Below, in pieces: positions 52,466 through 64,000 of a DNA stretch of 64,000 nt. Below the pieces are notes generated by a model. It worked only from the letters and a program-made list of their open reading frames with translations, searched no databases and had not been told where the DNA came from. Source of the DNA: Puccinia triticina. Its lineage: Eukaryota. A program made the position numbers and the translations under genes. The stretch's first letter is position 1. Each line of letters starts with the position of its first letter. The DNA is taken from contig CP110440.1 in assembly GCA_026914245.1 (NCBI GenBank), positions 1,922,001 through 1,986,000 on the forward strand. Direction: 5' to 3'.

Positions 52466-54489
52466 TCTTTGCTTTGCTTCAAAAACCATGGTTTAAGCAA
52501 AGCGCAGCAGAGGGCTGCTTTACAGCCAGCCCAAAAAGCGGCAGCTCAAGCGGATTCCTGCTGCGTGCATCATGCCTGCGCTTCTCATCCCCCCTATAAA
52601 GCACAAGAAAAGCACAAATACTGTGCTAATGCTTCAAAATAAGAGCAGTGGTCCCAACTTGCCAAGCCACCGCATGCTGTGCTTCCACACTTTCTTTGCG
52701 CCCGCTGCACTGCAGGGAAGCGCAGGGCTAACCGCAGGGCTGCATTTACAAAAAAAAAAAAAAAACGGCTGCGCTCACCGCTGTGCTGCGCATACAATGC
52801 TGCTCCAGCTCAGTGAGTGGAATTGGTACTTCTGGCCTGTTTTTCTCTTAATTTGTCTAGAAATATTGGATATTGCATTAGCTCCTACATAAACATCAAT
52901 CATTGAGATACATCACACTGTTTGACTTTGGCACATGTTGTGAAGGAAGCCAGTTAGAAAATCTAAAGACATCCATGCCTAGCCCTTTTCCCCTTCTTTC
53001 TTTTATCTATGCACGCTCAAGATGCACTTTATTGAAATATCCTCACCCAATACATGCTCAATAGGTTCTTGGTCAAATGTTTTCTTGCTTTTATCTTCTG
53101 CCCTCCCCTGTTATCCTTGCTATCTTTCTTCCAAACTAAAGCGCACTGCACTGCTGCTTCACAATATCCACTCACAAAATAAGCACAATGAGACCGCTGC
53201 AAAGCCGCTTTTCTCAGCCTAAAGTGCTCCTTCTTGCACCACATGTAGCGCGCTTCGCGCTGTGACAGCGCTGATTCAGCGCGCTGCAAGACACCTAAAT
53301 ATGCCACTGACTCACAAAGCTGAAGCAGAAGCAGGCCACCTGCTGCACTTCAGGGAAGCACAGCGCCGCAAAAAAACTGCTGTGTTAACCGCTGTGCTGC
53401 ACTTTCTGCAGCAAAGCATGTACAACATTGCCTAATTTAAAGGAAGATCTGAAGCATTGTCCGCAAAGAAATTGATGCAGACAAAGATGGTTGGGAGTAA
53501 CATACCCACCATCTGTCTGCTTCATTGGAATGAGTTGGTGCAACTTGTCTTTGATGAAGGTTGTGTTGAAACCAATATGCACGGTCAGTAATTTGGCTTT
53601 CATATCAGGTGTACAGTATTTTATTTCAATAATTTTTAGCCGCCTCTCCATCCTTTTCCAAATCACTTGCTATATCAGGCAAGGTTTGCAAGGAGGAAGT
53701 GTCTGTATCAAACACAAGCGCTCAGATCAATGATTTGTGTTGTTGTGGGAAAAGGACCTCCTCCATAAGAAAAGCTACACCCGCTGGTTATATTGTTGGC
53801 TTGCCAGGAATGGAGGCTATGGGGTTTGACCATGCTCTAGGAGCCACATACGGTTTTGGGCAAAGGAGGGACAATAAAGGATGGTGGCATGTTTACTTCA
53901 AGTGGTCAAGTTGTCCTCCACAAGCGCCCGGCGCCCTTTTGCAGTTTTGCTTTGAGTAATGGCACATCCCAAGTGAATGAAGGTAGGATCTAATGTGCAA
54001 GAAGTAATTGTCCTTGCTCCTTCATTCTGCTGGCTGAGTCCAGAGGAAGGGGTTGGGTCTAGTTTGGATCTGATCCAGGAGATCAGTTCTCCATAATTGG
54101 GGGAGGGCTACCCCAAAAAGTAAATGTCAAAACTGTTTCCAGGATTTTCCAATGAACAATTTGGCCTTTTTAGCATATGATACCTACAGAATTTTATTTT
54201 CCTCAATCAGATTACCAGTGACTCTGATATTTTCATTATCATGCCAAAGTGCCTTCTTTGAAAAGTAAATTTGTACCACATTAATCCATTTCAGGAAAGG
54301 CTTGACCTATTGGAACGGCCCCTGTAAGTGTGGTCCATCCATTGTACAGAATTGCTTTAAATCAATATGATTAGATGTCAAGTGTGGAGTGGGAGTGGGT
54401 AATTACCTAGGTTCAGTTTTGAGGAGCAGCATTTCCTCTCAGCCAGCCATTTATTCTGCCGCCGCTTGGTAATCCTTGTAGGCTTGTAT

Positions 54490-54935
54490 CAACGGTGGGC
54501 CGCTACGCTAACCATAGCGGTTAGTGTAGCGTAGCACAGCACAAATGCACTATTTTTTAGCGTGGCGTTGGCGCATGAATTGCACGCATCTGCACTAATG
54601 CTACGCGCACAGGGTGCGCAGCTAAATTAGCTGTTAGTGTAGTGTTAGCGCAGATGCGCGCGCTTGCGCTAACATTACACACGTAGGGCGCAAAGAAGTG
54701 CGCGCTACGCTGCGCTACAGCCCTTTTAGCGGAAAAAAAGGCCTTTTGTCCGCTAAAAGCGACTGTAGCGGCGCGCTAACGCTAAAAAAGAATTGGTGCG
54801 CTGTGAGCACCGCTGAAAATTAGCGCAGCGTAGCGGCACTAGCAGCGCGCTAACGCTATTCCAAATTGGCGGGCGCTTTTTGCCGCTACACTAACGCGTA
54901 GCGCTGAAATAGCGTAGCGTAGTGGCCCACTGTTG
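54490..54935. mobile_element. MITE, mirror copy of 13181-13623, TSD CTTGTAT
   Basis: Same insertion site and reverse-complement TSD as the left-arm copy. Confidence 0.9.
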
Positions 54936-55519
54936 CTTGTATGGCATTCTGCTGCTGGAAATGTAGCATCAGCTTAACAAAATCTTCAGTTTTTGTCAAT
55001 GTTGAAGATCTCTTGCCATGCTTCCAGGAGTTGGAATTTGGGATGGAAGGGTGTTGATTAGACATGGTGGGTCCTTCCAGGAACAGAAAAAAAGGGGAGG
55101 GGTTCTGACCGGTCCGCTAGTGAGAGCTTGGTAAGTGGGGCAATGACTGTTGCACTGACCAAGGTTGCTGTTGGTTTGGATTGAGACCAAAAATTTGCAG
55201 AGTGCAGTGGCAGGAAGACTGCTCATACCACTGTGTTACAGCGGTTAATGCCAGAAATGCTGGCAACTCCATGTAAATGTGGGGCAGTCCGCAGCAATGC
55301 CTTTCAATACCTGGAAAATATCCGGCAATTTTAGTTTCCTCTCTCTCATCTCCTTGTGTCAGCCTCCCACAATGGGCATCTTAGCTCACAGCTGCATACT
55401 GGTGTTTCTCATGTCCTGCAAGAAAAAAACCATGCTTGAAAGTTTTATTAGTGAGTTTTTCCATGTTTTGGTCCATCTCTATAGATCTTACACACTGGAA
55501 ACATAACTTGACTCAATTG

Positions 55520-55815
55520 GGCCAGCAGATTGGCCTGCTGGGACAGCAGATTGGCCTTCTGGGACAGCAGATTGGCCTGCTTGGCCAGCAGATTGGCCTT
55601 CTGGGACAGCAGATTGGCCTGCTGGGACAGCAGATTGGCCTGCTGGGACAGCAGATTGGTCTGCTGGGACAGCAGATTGTCCTGCTGGGACAGCAGATTG
55701 GCCTGCTGGGACAGCAGATTGGCCTGCTGGGACAGCAGATTGGTCTGCTGGGACAGCAGATTGGCCTGCTGGGACAGCAGATTGGCCTGCTGGGACAGCA
55801 GATTGGCCTGCTGGC
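55520..55815. repeat. 21-bp tandem array CAGCAGATTGGCCTGCTGGGA, ~14 copies
   Basis: Seen directly. Confidence 0.95.
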
Positions 55816-57639
55816 AGAGCAGTTTGACCAGCTTGCTAAGCAGTAATTTTACCTGCTTGGCTTGCACGTTAACTTGCTCGGCCAGCAGGCTGACCTCCTG
55901 GCAAAGCCGGTACATACAAATACCTGCTCGGCCAGCACGTTGGCCTGCTGGGCTTGCGAGTACAGGTCCTGCTGGCCGAGCAGGTACCAGTAGTGTACCC
56001 GCTTGGCCAGCAGGGAGCAAGCTTAACTAGGCCTACGCGCGGGAGAAGGAGCGAGCAGCGGAGCTGTCCACGCCAGTGGAGGCCTATACTGTAAGTCGGG
56101 ATTCCCGCATGATTAGTTTTATGATTTCGCCGGAAAACCCTGTTTTTTGACTCCCTCCTCCTGTACCCGCTTCCTTGATCCTATCCACCTAATTTCCTCG
56201 GCAGACAATGATGTGAATTTTGATAGAATTTGATTGGAGATCTCGGAGGAATTATTGAGGGCACCTTATAAAAGTGATTGAGAATCTGATAAACAAGCTG
56301 GGCGACGACACGACAAGTTTGAGCAATAACACACCTTATAAAAGTGACTGAGAATCTGACAAACAAGCTGAGCGACGACACGACGAGTTTGAGCAATAAC
56401 ACACCTGCAATGAACGCAGAGTGACTTTATTTTGATTTGATTGATTGATGTTTTACGAGGGATGTGCGCAAGAGAACGGTGATTAGTCTCTTCCTCACGA
56501 TTGAATGTTTTGTTGCGCGTAATTTTATTTCAATTTTAACTAACCTTATAAAAGTGATTGATCAATCTGATAAACAACCTGTGCAGCGACACAACAAGTT
56601 TGAGCAATGACACACCTAAAAGAAAACAAATGAGAAGAATAAAAGATAGAAATGATGAAAGACAAGCAGACTAGATGAGAATGGTAAAGAAAATGTAAAC
56701 GGAAAATAGGCATACCTGCGATGAACGCAGAGTGATTTTGTTTTGATTTGATTGATTGATGTTTTACGAGGGACGCGCGCAAGAGAACGGTGATCTATTC
56801 AATGGGTAAAGATAGGGGAAAGAAAATAATGGGAAGAGTGTTTAGTTGTTGTTGATTTATGATGTTGATGACTTGAGGAATCTGGAAGAAGGGAAATTTT
56901 GCTTACTAGTCTCTTCCTCACAATTGAATGTTTTGTTGCGCGTGAGGAAAAGACTAGCAGGCTTGGGCGGAGTCGGCCTTGATGTCAGGGAAATTTTCAG
57001 CTTGGTTTAGGTTAAAGTTTGGGATATTCACTATGGGCGTGTAGAGTTTAGGATATTCACTATGGGCGTGTAGAGTTTAGGATATTCACTATGGGCGTGT
57101 AGAGTTTAGGATATTCACTATGAGCGTGAGAATTGGAAATGCTTGCTGCGTATTCACAATTGGAAGACGCAGTATTTCAACAAATGAAGGCTTGCTTCTT
57201 GTCTTTCTTTTGGTGTTATGTATCATGTTGTACTGGTCCTCACTGATTTTATAATGATTTTTGAAAACTGTCTGTTTTCAGCTCCCTAGGACTTGTTTTG
57301 TGTGCGCGGGGTGCTTGAACCGCTTGTTTGAGCAAAAAAAAGTTTGAAGTGTAATTTCATAAAAATCATTATAAAATCACAAGATTATGTACTTGTTCTG
57401 AGTTTGGGTGGGATGAACAGGAAGATGCAGCTCTTCCACAAACCCTGACCAAACATCCTCAAAGTTTTGAGGCAAGTGAGCAACTTGAGGATGAAGTTTC
57501 CTCCCACCAAAAGGTGAGAAACTCATCACGCGGGTTTGCCAACCTAAGGCGCAAGTCCCCCCTGCGGGGGGGTTCGCTTCGCGAACCAACCAGCCAGCCA
57601 AATGGCTGGCGCACCCCGCAGCAGGAGACTTGTGTTAAG

Positions 57640-58730
57640 TTCGAGCAGGGAGCAGGTACATACTTGTACCCGCTTCACCAATCTGCTTGGCCAGCAATTT
57701 GACCTGCTCGCCAAGCAGGTGCTTTTGACGAGCAGGTACCTGTAGCGGCTTCGAAGCGGGCACAAGTACCTGCTCGGCCAGCCAGTTGACCTGCTCGGCC
57801 AGCTGGTTGACCTGCTCGGCCAGCAGCTTGACCTGCTCGCGGAGCAGGTCAGGGATATGCTGCTTGCGGAGCAGGTTGGGCTGCTCGCCGAGCAGAGGTT
57901 GGGCTGCTCGCCGAGAAAGTACTGTTACCTGCCGGCTGAGCTGGAGCAGGTACCTGTAACTGTACCCCCTCGGCGAGCAGGTTGTCCTGATGGCCAAGCA
58001 GGTAAATGTACCAGCTTGGCGAGCTTTTACCTGCGAGTAGGTCAACCTGCTCGCCGGAGCAGGTCATCCTGCTGGCCAAGCAGGTAAAAGTACCTGCTTG
58101 GCGAGTAGGTTAACCTGCTGGGCGAGTAGGTTAACCTGCTCGGCGAGTAGGTTAACCTGCTGGGCGAGTAGGTTAACCTGCTCGGCGAGTAGGTTAAACT
58201 GCTGGGCGAGTAGGTTAACCTGCTGGGCGAGTAGGTTAACCTGCTAGGCGAGTAGGTTAACCTGCTCGACAAGTAGGTTAACCTGCTCGACAAGTAGGTT
58301 AACCTGCTTGGCGAGTAGGTTAATCTGCTCGCTGAGCTGTTACCTGCTCGTCCAGCAGGTTGACCTGCTGGCCGAGCCGGAGCAGGTACATGGAATTGTA
58401 CCTGCTCGGCCAGCAGGTCATCCTGATGGCCGAGCAGGTAGAAGTACCTGCTCGGCGAGTAGGTCAACCTGCTCGGCGAGTAGGTCAACCTGCTCAGCAA
58501 GTAGGTCAACCTGCTTGGCGGGTAGGTCAACCTGCTCGGCAAGTAGGTAAACCTGCTCGTCGCCGCGCAGGTATGGCTGAGCCGGAGCAGCTACCTGTAA
58601 CTGTTTCTGCTCGGCGAGCAGGTACTTTTACCTGCTTGGCCAGCAGGTTGATCTGCCAGGTACCTGAACCTGCTTGGCCAGCCGGTTGACCTGCTCGGCC
58701 AGCAGCTTGACAGGTTGACCTGCTGGCAAA
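57640..58730. repeat. Subterminal ~21-bp palindromic repeat array (right arm)
   Basis: GGCGAGTAGGTTAACCTGCT variants; mirror of 6500-7470 with different copy numbers. Confidence 0.9.
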
Positions 58731-60149
58731 AGTTTCCTCGGATTAGCCAACAACCGATGATTCAAAATCATTGGTTATTGAGCCACCAATATTCATTTTC
58801 CTCGGTGGGCCCCCGACCAAGTTTTCATATGATTGGTTGTGGATGACCGATGATATGAAAGCTCGATTGAACTGTCAACCGAGCTTCCACTACTCGGTTG
58901 GTGGCGGCCGAGGTTGACTCGGCTGACCCCTGACCAAAGAATTGAATTCATCGGTCAGGCATCGTGCCGATTTTGGCTTGGCTGCGGAGCAGCCGACTTT
59001 GAATCGGACAGCAAAACCTTTGGGTTGCTGTCACCCAATGTTGACTCGGGTGCGGATTGCCTCGGATGCGTGCAACCAATTTTAAATCGGTTGCGCGCAC
59101 CCCAGATTAACGCGGATGCACGCATCCGAGCCTTATATGCTGGCAGTGAAAACAAAGAAAATGCAGCTCTCTAAATTCTCAACCTAGCCTTCCAACATCA
59201 GCAGTGCTGTGCCCCCAGGCTCAACCTCCAGCCCGTGTCAAGTGCACAGGTCAAGAAGGTTGGACGTGAAGGCCCCCGGCCTGCAGCAAAGGCTGCTGAC
59301 CAGTGGGGGGCCCACTCTTTGCCCCTCAGACTGCCCACGTGCAACAGCAGAGGGGTTGAGGACAATGGATAGCTGGAAGTGCAGCATCTCCAATTGCCTG
59401 GGGAAACAGCTACAACGCCAAGCTACCATCTTCTAAGCTCTCCGCTCCCCGTCAGGCCAGACAGCTCACTCTCCTCACGCAAACACCACGCCGCGGCCCC
59501 GTAACCGTAATTGATTCCACGGCAACGCGCAACCCTACCCACAGCCCTTGCAACCGTCCACTGCTTTGAACCCCTCATGATTGGTATCCCTTGCTATATC
59601 AGAATCCCTCTTGCCACCTGAAAATGCTGGATTTTTGCAAAGCCATCGACAGACAGAAGCGCTTGCGGCCCCAAAGAACGCCAAAACAAACACAAAAGAT
59701 ATCTCAATAGATGCAGGAATTTTATACAAATTGAGTTCGGCCGCGCCAAGAGCCTTGATACCGTGGCAGGCGCCAAAGCGCCTTCCACAGCCAACTTGGT
59801 GATTGTCAGCCAAGTTCTTCGCCAAGCTCCTCGCCCCCCATCTGGCCAAGCTTGACGGTTCCTCCTCACGCCCTCAAATCCAGGATTTTCGAACAGTTGT
59901 GGGATTCCGTAGTCATCTTGGGCGCGACGCCGGCGCCCTTGTCAAATTCTGAGTTTTGGATAAAAAAGGGCACAGGGTTGGAGTGGGGATGTATTTATGT
60001 ATGCGCCACCGCAGCCATTGTTGCCCACTTGAGATTGATCAACAGAGCCTAGGTCAACAGCCAGTCAACTCCGCCTGGAAACCATCTCAAACGACTCCGC
60101 CTGGAAACAATCTCAAAAATGCATACCTGGATTGGCTGAGCTTAATCAA

Positions 60150-60675
60150 AAAAATATAGCAGAACGTTTTCCCATCTTTCTCGATCAACCTCGCGCTCAT
60201 GCCGCCCAATCAAAAACCACCTCCAGCCATTCCATGCCGCCAAACCACTCTCAACCACCACCCCATCCTCGATCTTCAAGCAACATGATCTGATGGCCAA
60301 AGCGTCCCAGACCAAGGAAGGCCAAGAACTATCCATGCGATGGATGACTAACTCATCCACCTCTCAAATTGATTCCGATAGAGTACGTCAGAAGTCATGA
60401 TTGCTTGATGACCACGCGAAACTGACTACAACATTCATCATCCGGTATCTTCAGGAAACGATCATCAAGCTGCTCTACTCGATTGCCTCCAAACATGAAG
60501 TCAGAAGATACCTCAGGATTTTCTCAAACGCAAACACCTTTGCAGTCCTCAAATTTGACGGTGTGATCTTGTCTGAGGATCTAAAATCACTCTCCTTGAG
60601 CCTTAGCTTCTTGAATAAGGTAGGATTATATCTGGTTGTCTGTCACGGAATGGGAGCTCAGCTCAATAAGCTACC
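60150..60675 (+). pseudogene. Truncated N-acetylglutamate kinase (ARG5,6-like) 5' fragment
   Basis: ETIIKLLYSIASKHEVRRYLRIFS..FAVLKFDGVIL..LSFLNKVGLYLVVCHGMGAQLN matches the fungal Arg5,6 N-terminus (normally KVGG); upstream presequence-like exon and GTACGT..CAG intron; homology stops at ~60675. Confidence 0.8.
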
Positions 60676-61580
60676 TATTTACTATGCCATATGGATAGAC
60701 CTCAAGATCATCTTTGACTGACCTTTTTTCTCCTTCTGTTGTTAATTGACTGTCAGGTCAGTCTGCAGAATCAATTCAAAGTTGTTACTTCTACCAAGTT
60801 TTCTCTAATGTGATGTAATATATAAAATATCATTGCTCCCCTTCAATTGAAAGACTACTGTGAATAGTTGAGCAGATGTGAGGCTTAATTTTCATGAGAA
60901 GAGTGTTGAGGCAATTATAACAAACATATTTGGTCACCCATGTCTGAAATATCCCTTCAAGTGGAGAGTTCCAAAACAATACATGGGAATTTCACCTTCA
61001 GAGGGTTGTCAAAAGGTCAGGACAGTTGAACCCAGCTATAGCAATATCTGACACATAGAAAGAGATCAACTAATGGTGCTGGACCTATTTGTGCTGAATA
61101 CTAAGCCCACAATTTACAATACAGTTTGCTCTTCAGTATCAATGCCTGATTTAAAAAAGAACTAGAACCCAATTTTACATATGGGATGAAGAATGAATGA
61201 CATTCCTAAGTTTTCAGACAAGCTTTTTCAAAAGCTGCTTTTATTCCATGCTGTCAACTAATCTATGCACATGAAATTCTTGAATTGCTGATAAATGCAT
61301 ACATTCAAGTTTATTTCCCTTTCTTGTATCTCCACAATTATGCTGGGATTCAGCCTATCCACAAAGGAAAGAACCTGATAAGTGATTTAACTCAACTCAG
61401 AGAGATATATATGTGACAATCAAACAGAATCATGAGGTGAGAAAGGTGGGTGAGATGAGCTTTGCTACCTTAAAAGATGAGACTCAGGCTGAAATGTATG
61501 TTCTAGGAGCCTCTGAGCAAACAATTCAAGTGGTGTTGGTGGGGTGGTTTCAAGAATCATTCAAACTACAACTTGTATGT

Positions 61581-61729
61581 GCAGCGGCGAAGCCGCCTTG
61601 GCCTCTAGTTTATTTTTATAGAGTGGTGTGAAGTATAGACCCAAATACATTTTTTGGAGGGGGAATTATAAAATGAGTTTAGAATGATTAAATTGGGATC
61701 TGCAGCGGCGAAGCCGCTTTGGCCTCTAG
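61581..61729 (+). mobile_element. Two Helitron-like 3' termini
   Basis: GCGGCGAAGCCGC hairpin followed after ~8 nt by CTAG|T, ending at 61608 and 61729. Confidence 0.65.
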
Positions 61730-62829
61730 TGAGATAAATAAATAAAGGCAATTGGCCAATAAACTATGGTCAGTTTTCTCTGCTGATCTGAAAGAGAGGC
61801 TGGGCTCTGCCTTTAGGAGCTTTTTGCACACCATCAGCTTGAAACTAAAAACTTCTTGGTACATTGATATCTTTCAACAGGGGTAAATTTAGTAAAGCGC
61901 AGCCAATATACACTGGTTTTAAAGCCAAAACAAACTACTGCGGAAATTTTATTGAATGGGTAAAACACCAGCAGACATCTAGCTTGACACAAGCCCCTTA
62001 ATCATTTGGGCCTGATGCTTCAGTAGAGAAAGCATATTCTACACTCAATTAACAGTCCAAGCTGTTGTAGCATTATTGCCTCCATTAGGGGAGTTCACAA
62101 TTGAAATTTACAAAACTTTGGGACACATTTTAAGGTGTTTCTGAACATTTTTTTAAAAAATTGATAACTTGCACTGATTGTTCAGTAGCACCTGCTGCTG
62201 TGCATTTTCCCAAAATTTTAAAATTTTGTTCATAAATGCCTTGAATTTGGCTCCAAAGTTTAGTAAAATTCAATCGTGAACCCCCCTATTGAAGTGACAA
62301 GCGGAACCCCGCTATTGGCTGCTGACAAATGGTGATACTAACACCTTTTTTTCAAATCAGTTGGCCAAAATACAAACATCCAACAAGCTAATATTAGCCC
62401 ATCAAAGTGGGGAAACCCCAAGCGTAACAAATCCTGCAGCACCGCGGAGCCGTGGGTGCAAGCGGGGCTTACGACTAACAACAAGATTCTCACGTGAGAG
62501 AATCTTGAAAATACCCAAAGCACCGTGGAATTTCTTCTTCCTCTCTTATAAAATATTCAATCAGCTTTCAGCACTCCTTACTTTATCCTAGCTGAGCGCT
62601 GGCATCTTAGCTCCAATGCTACATAGGCAGCTTCCTCCCAAGTTTTCTCATTTTTTTCTATCTTTTTTTGAGTATTGTGACTTCTTGAAGACTTGTCCAA
62701 CTTTTAAAGTTTGATCTCCTCCCTAAATTAAATATTAATTAAAAACACATCTTCTTTGCCCGTAAGCCGCCAAGCATCTCAACTTTTGATTTTTTGGGGC
62801 ACAAGGGCATGGATTCCCAAAATTATGAA

Positions 62830-63806
62830 GGGTCAATCTAAATGCACGCCACTTTTTGACTAGATGCACGCCAAAAAAGTGGCGTGCACGCCTGCACGCC
62901 AAAATAAATGGCGTACAGGAGCAGTGCACGCCATTTGTTTGGCGTGCGTAGCCCTGCACGCCAAAAATACTCCTTTTTGGAAGAATTTTGGCGCGCACAA
63001 ACCCTCCACACCATTTTTTTTTGGCGTACAGGCGTTGCACGCCACTTTTTTGGCGTGCATATAGTCAAAAGTTGGCGTGCACCGTTTTACATGCAGTTTT
63101 TTTGGGGGCACAGTTGGCCACTGAGCCCCAACGGCATGATGAATAGTGCCTCCGCCACTATGAATAGTGCCAGGATGAATAGTTTTCATAGTGGCCGAGC
63201 TTGGCAGAGTCACTATTTACAGTGGCGGGGCTTGGCAGAGGCACTATTCATAGTGGTGGAGCTTGGCAGAGGCACTATTCATAGTGGTGGAGCTTGGCGG
63301 AGGCACTATTCATAGTGGCGGAGCTTGGCGGAGGCACTATTCATAGTGGCAGAGCTTGCGGAGGCACTATTCATAGTGGCAGAGCTTGCGGAGGCACTAT
63401 TCATAGTGGCGGAGCTTGGCGCGAGCACTATTCATAGCGCGGAGCTTGGCGGAGGCACTATGAATAGTACATGAAATATGTCATTGGGCCGCAGTGGTCA
63501 CACCCTATTTTTTTGTGTGAAACTGTTCCCGCCAAAAAAATTACATTCAACATGGTGCACACCACTTTTTGAATAGATGCACGCCAAAAAAGTGGCGTGC
63601 AAAGCCTGTACGCCAAAAAAAATGGCGTGGAGGGTTTGTGCACGCCAAAATTCTTCCAAAAAAGAGTATTTTTGGCGTGCAGGGCTACGCACGCCAAACA
63701 AATGGCGTGCACTGCTCCTGTACGCCATTTATTTTGGCATACAGGCGTGCACGCCACTTTTTTGGCGTGCATCTAGTCAAAAATTGGCGTGCATTTAGAT
63801 TGACCC
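62830..63806. mobile_element. Non-autonomous Mutator-like element with long TIRs and 9-bp TSD AATTATGAA
   Basis: GGGTCAATCTAAATGCACGCC... inverted over ~250 bp; AATTATGAA at 62821-62829 and 63807-63815; internal ~30-bp array at 63210-63470. Confidence 0.92.
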
Positions 63807-64000
63807 AATTATGAATAGACAATTTGATTTGGAAAAATACAAGCTTCAAACCACCAAGGCAAAAAAAAAAAAAAAAAAAAACCGGGCAGAAACTGCGGCA
63901 AGCAGGTGGTGATGACATTGCTCACCACCAAAATTTGCAGATTCTCTCAGGCCAAATGTCCTGATTAGTCCTAATTCCTCTCCCTGCGGGAGAGATCTCA

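Larger units (their letters stand above)
6080..59148. mobile_element. Giant (53 kb) CACTA-like foldback unit with ~5-kb inverted arms
   Basis: Begins CACTGCCAGCATATAAGGC and ends GCCTTATATGCTGGCAGTG; AAA directly flanks both ends; arms 6080-8600 and 12575-13981 are reverse complements of 56460-59148 and 54132-55541. Confidence 0.75.
54132..59148 (-). repeat. Right arm (~5.0 kb) of the outer element
   Basis: Reverse complement of 6080-8600 and 12575-13981; 55542-56459 has no counterpart at the equivalent position in the left arm. Confidence 0.95.

Noticed and set aside
53385..53960. Possible retrotransposon gag remnant
   Set aside because: Motifs too weak and interrupted to support a call
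55229..59148. CACTG at 55229 (mirrored at 12887) as the inner end of a stand-alone ~4-kb element
   Set aside because: Only 5 bp match the outer terminus, the flanks (TAC vs AAA) are not a TSD, and arm homology continues ~1.1 kb further
63210..63470. ~30-bp repeats resembling a CRISPR array (also 11057-11215)
   Set aside because: Head-to-tail with no unique spacers, no cas genes, eukaryotic context

Overview
Repeat-rich eukaryotic DNA with GT-AG introns, most likely a rust fungus (Pucciniales; inferred from the repeat and protein families). The window is organised as two nested CACTA/EnSpm-like units. (1) The inner unit is 25.5 kb (26255-51773), with 38-bp TIRs starting CACCAG and a 3-bp ATT target-site duplication (TSD). 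It carries a Tnp2-type transposase plus an unusual cargo set: a TET/JBP-like 2OG-Fe(II) dioxygenase, a Kelch-repeat protein, two paralogous putative OB-fold proteins, two paralogous transposase-companion ORFs and a RING-less Rad5/Rad16-type SNF2 ATPase. A palindrome, ATGTACGCGCGTACAT, recurs six times upstream of cargo genes. (2) The outer unit is 53 kb (6080-59148), with CACTG termini, an AAA TSD and ~5-kb inverted arms; it appears to split one copy of another repeat. The rest of the window holds MITEs with 7-bp TSDs, solo LTRs (three inserted at NCGN sites), a MULE-like element, Helitron-like 3' ends, minisatellites and gene fragments (ARG5,6-like, RING). The four recognisable inner-element genes (transposase, TET, Kelch, SNF2) all carry in-frame TGA stops, so this copy is probably decayed. 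All alignments and protein-family calls were made by eye.
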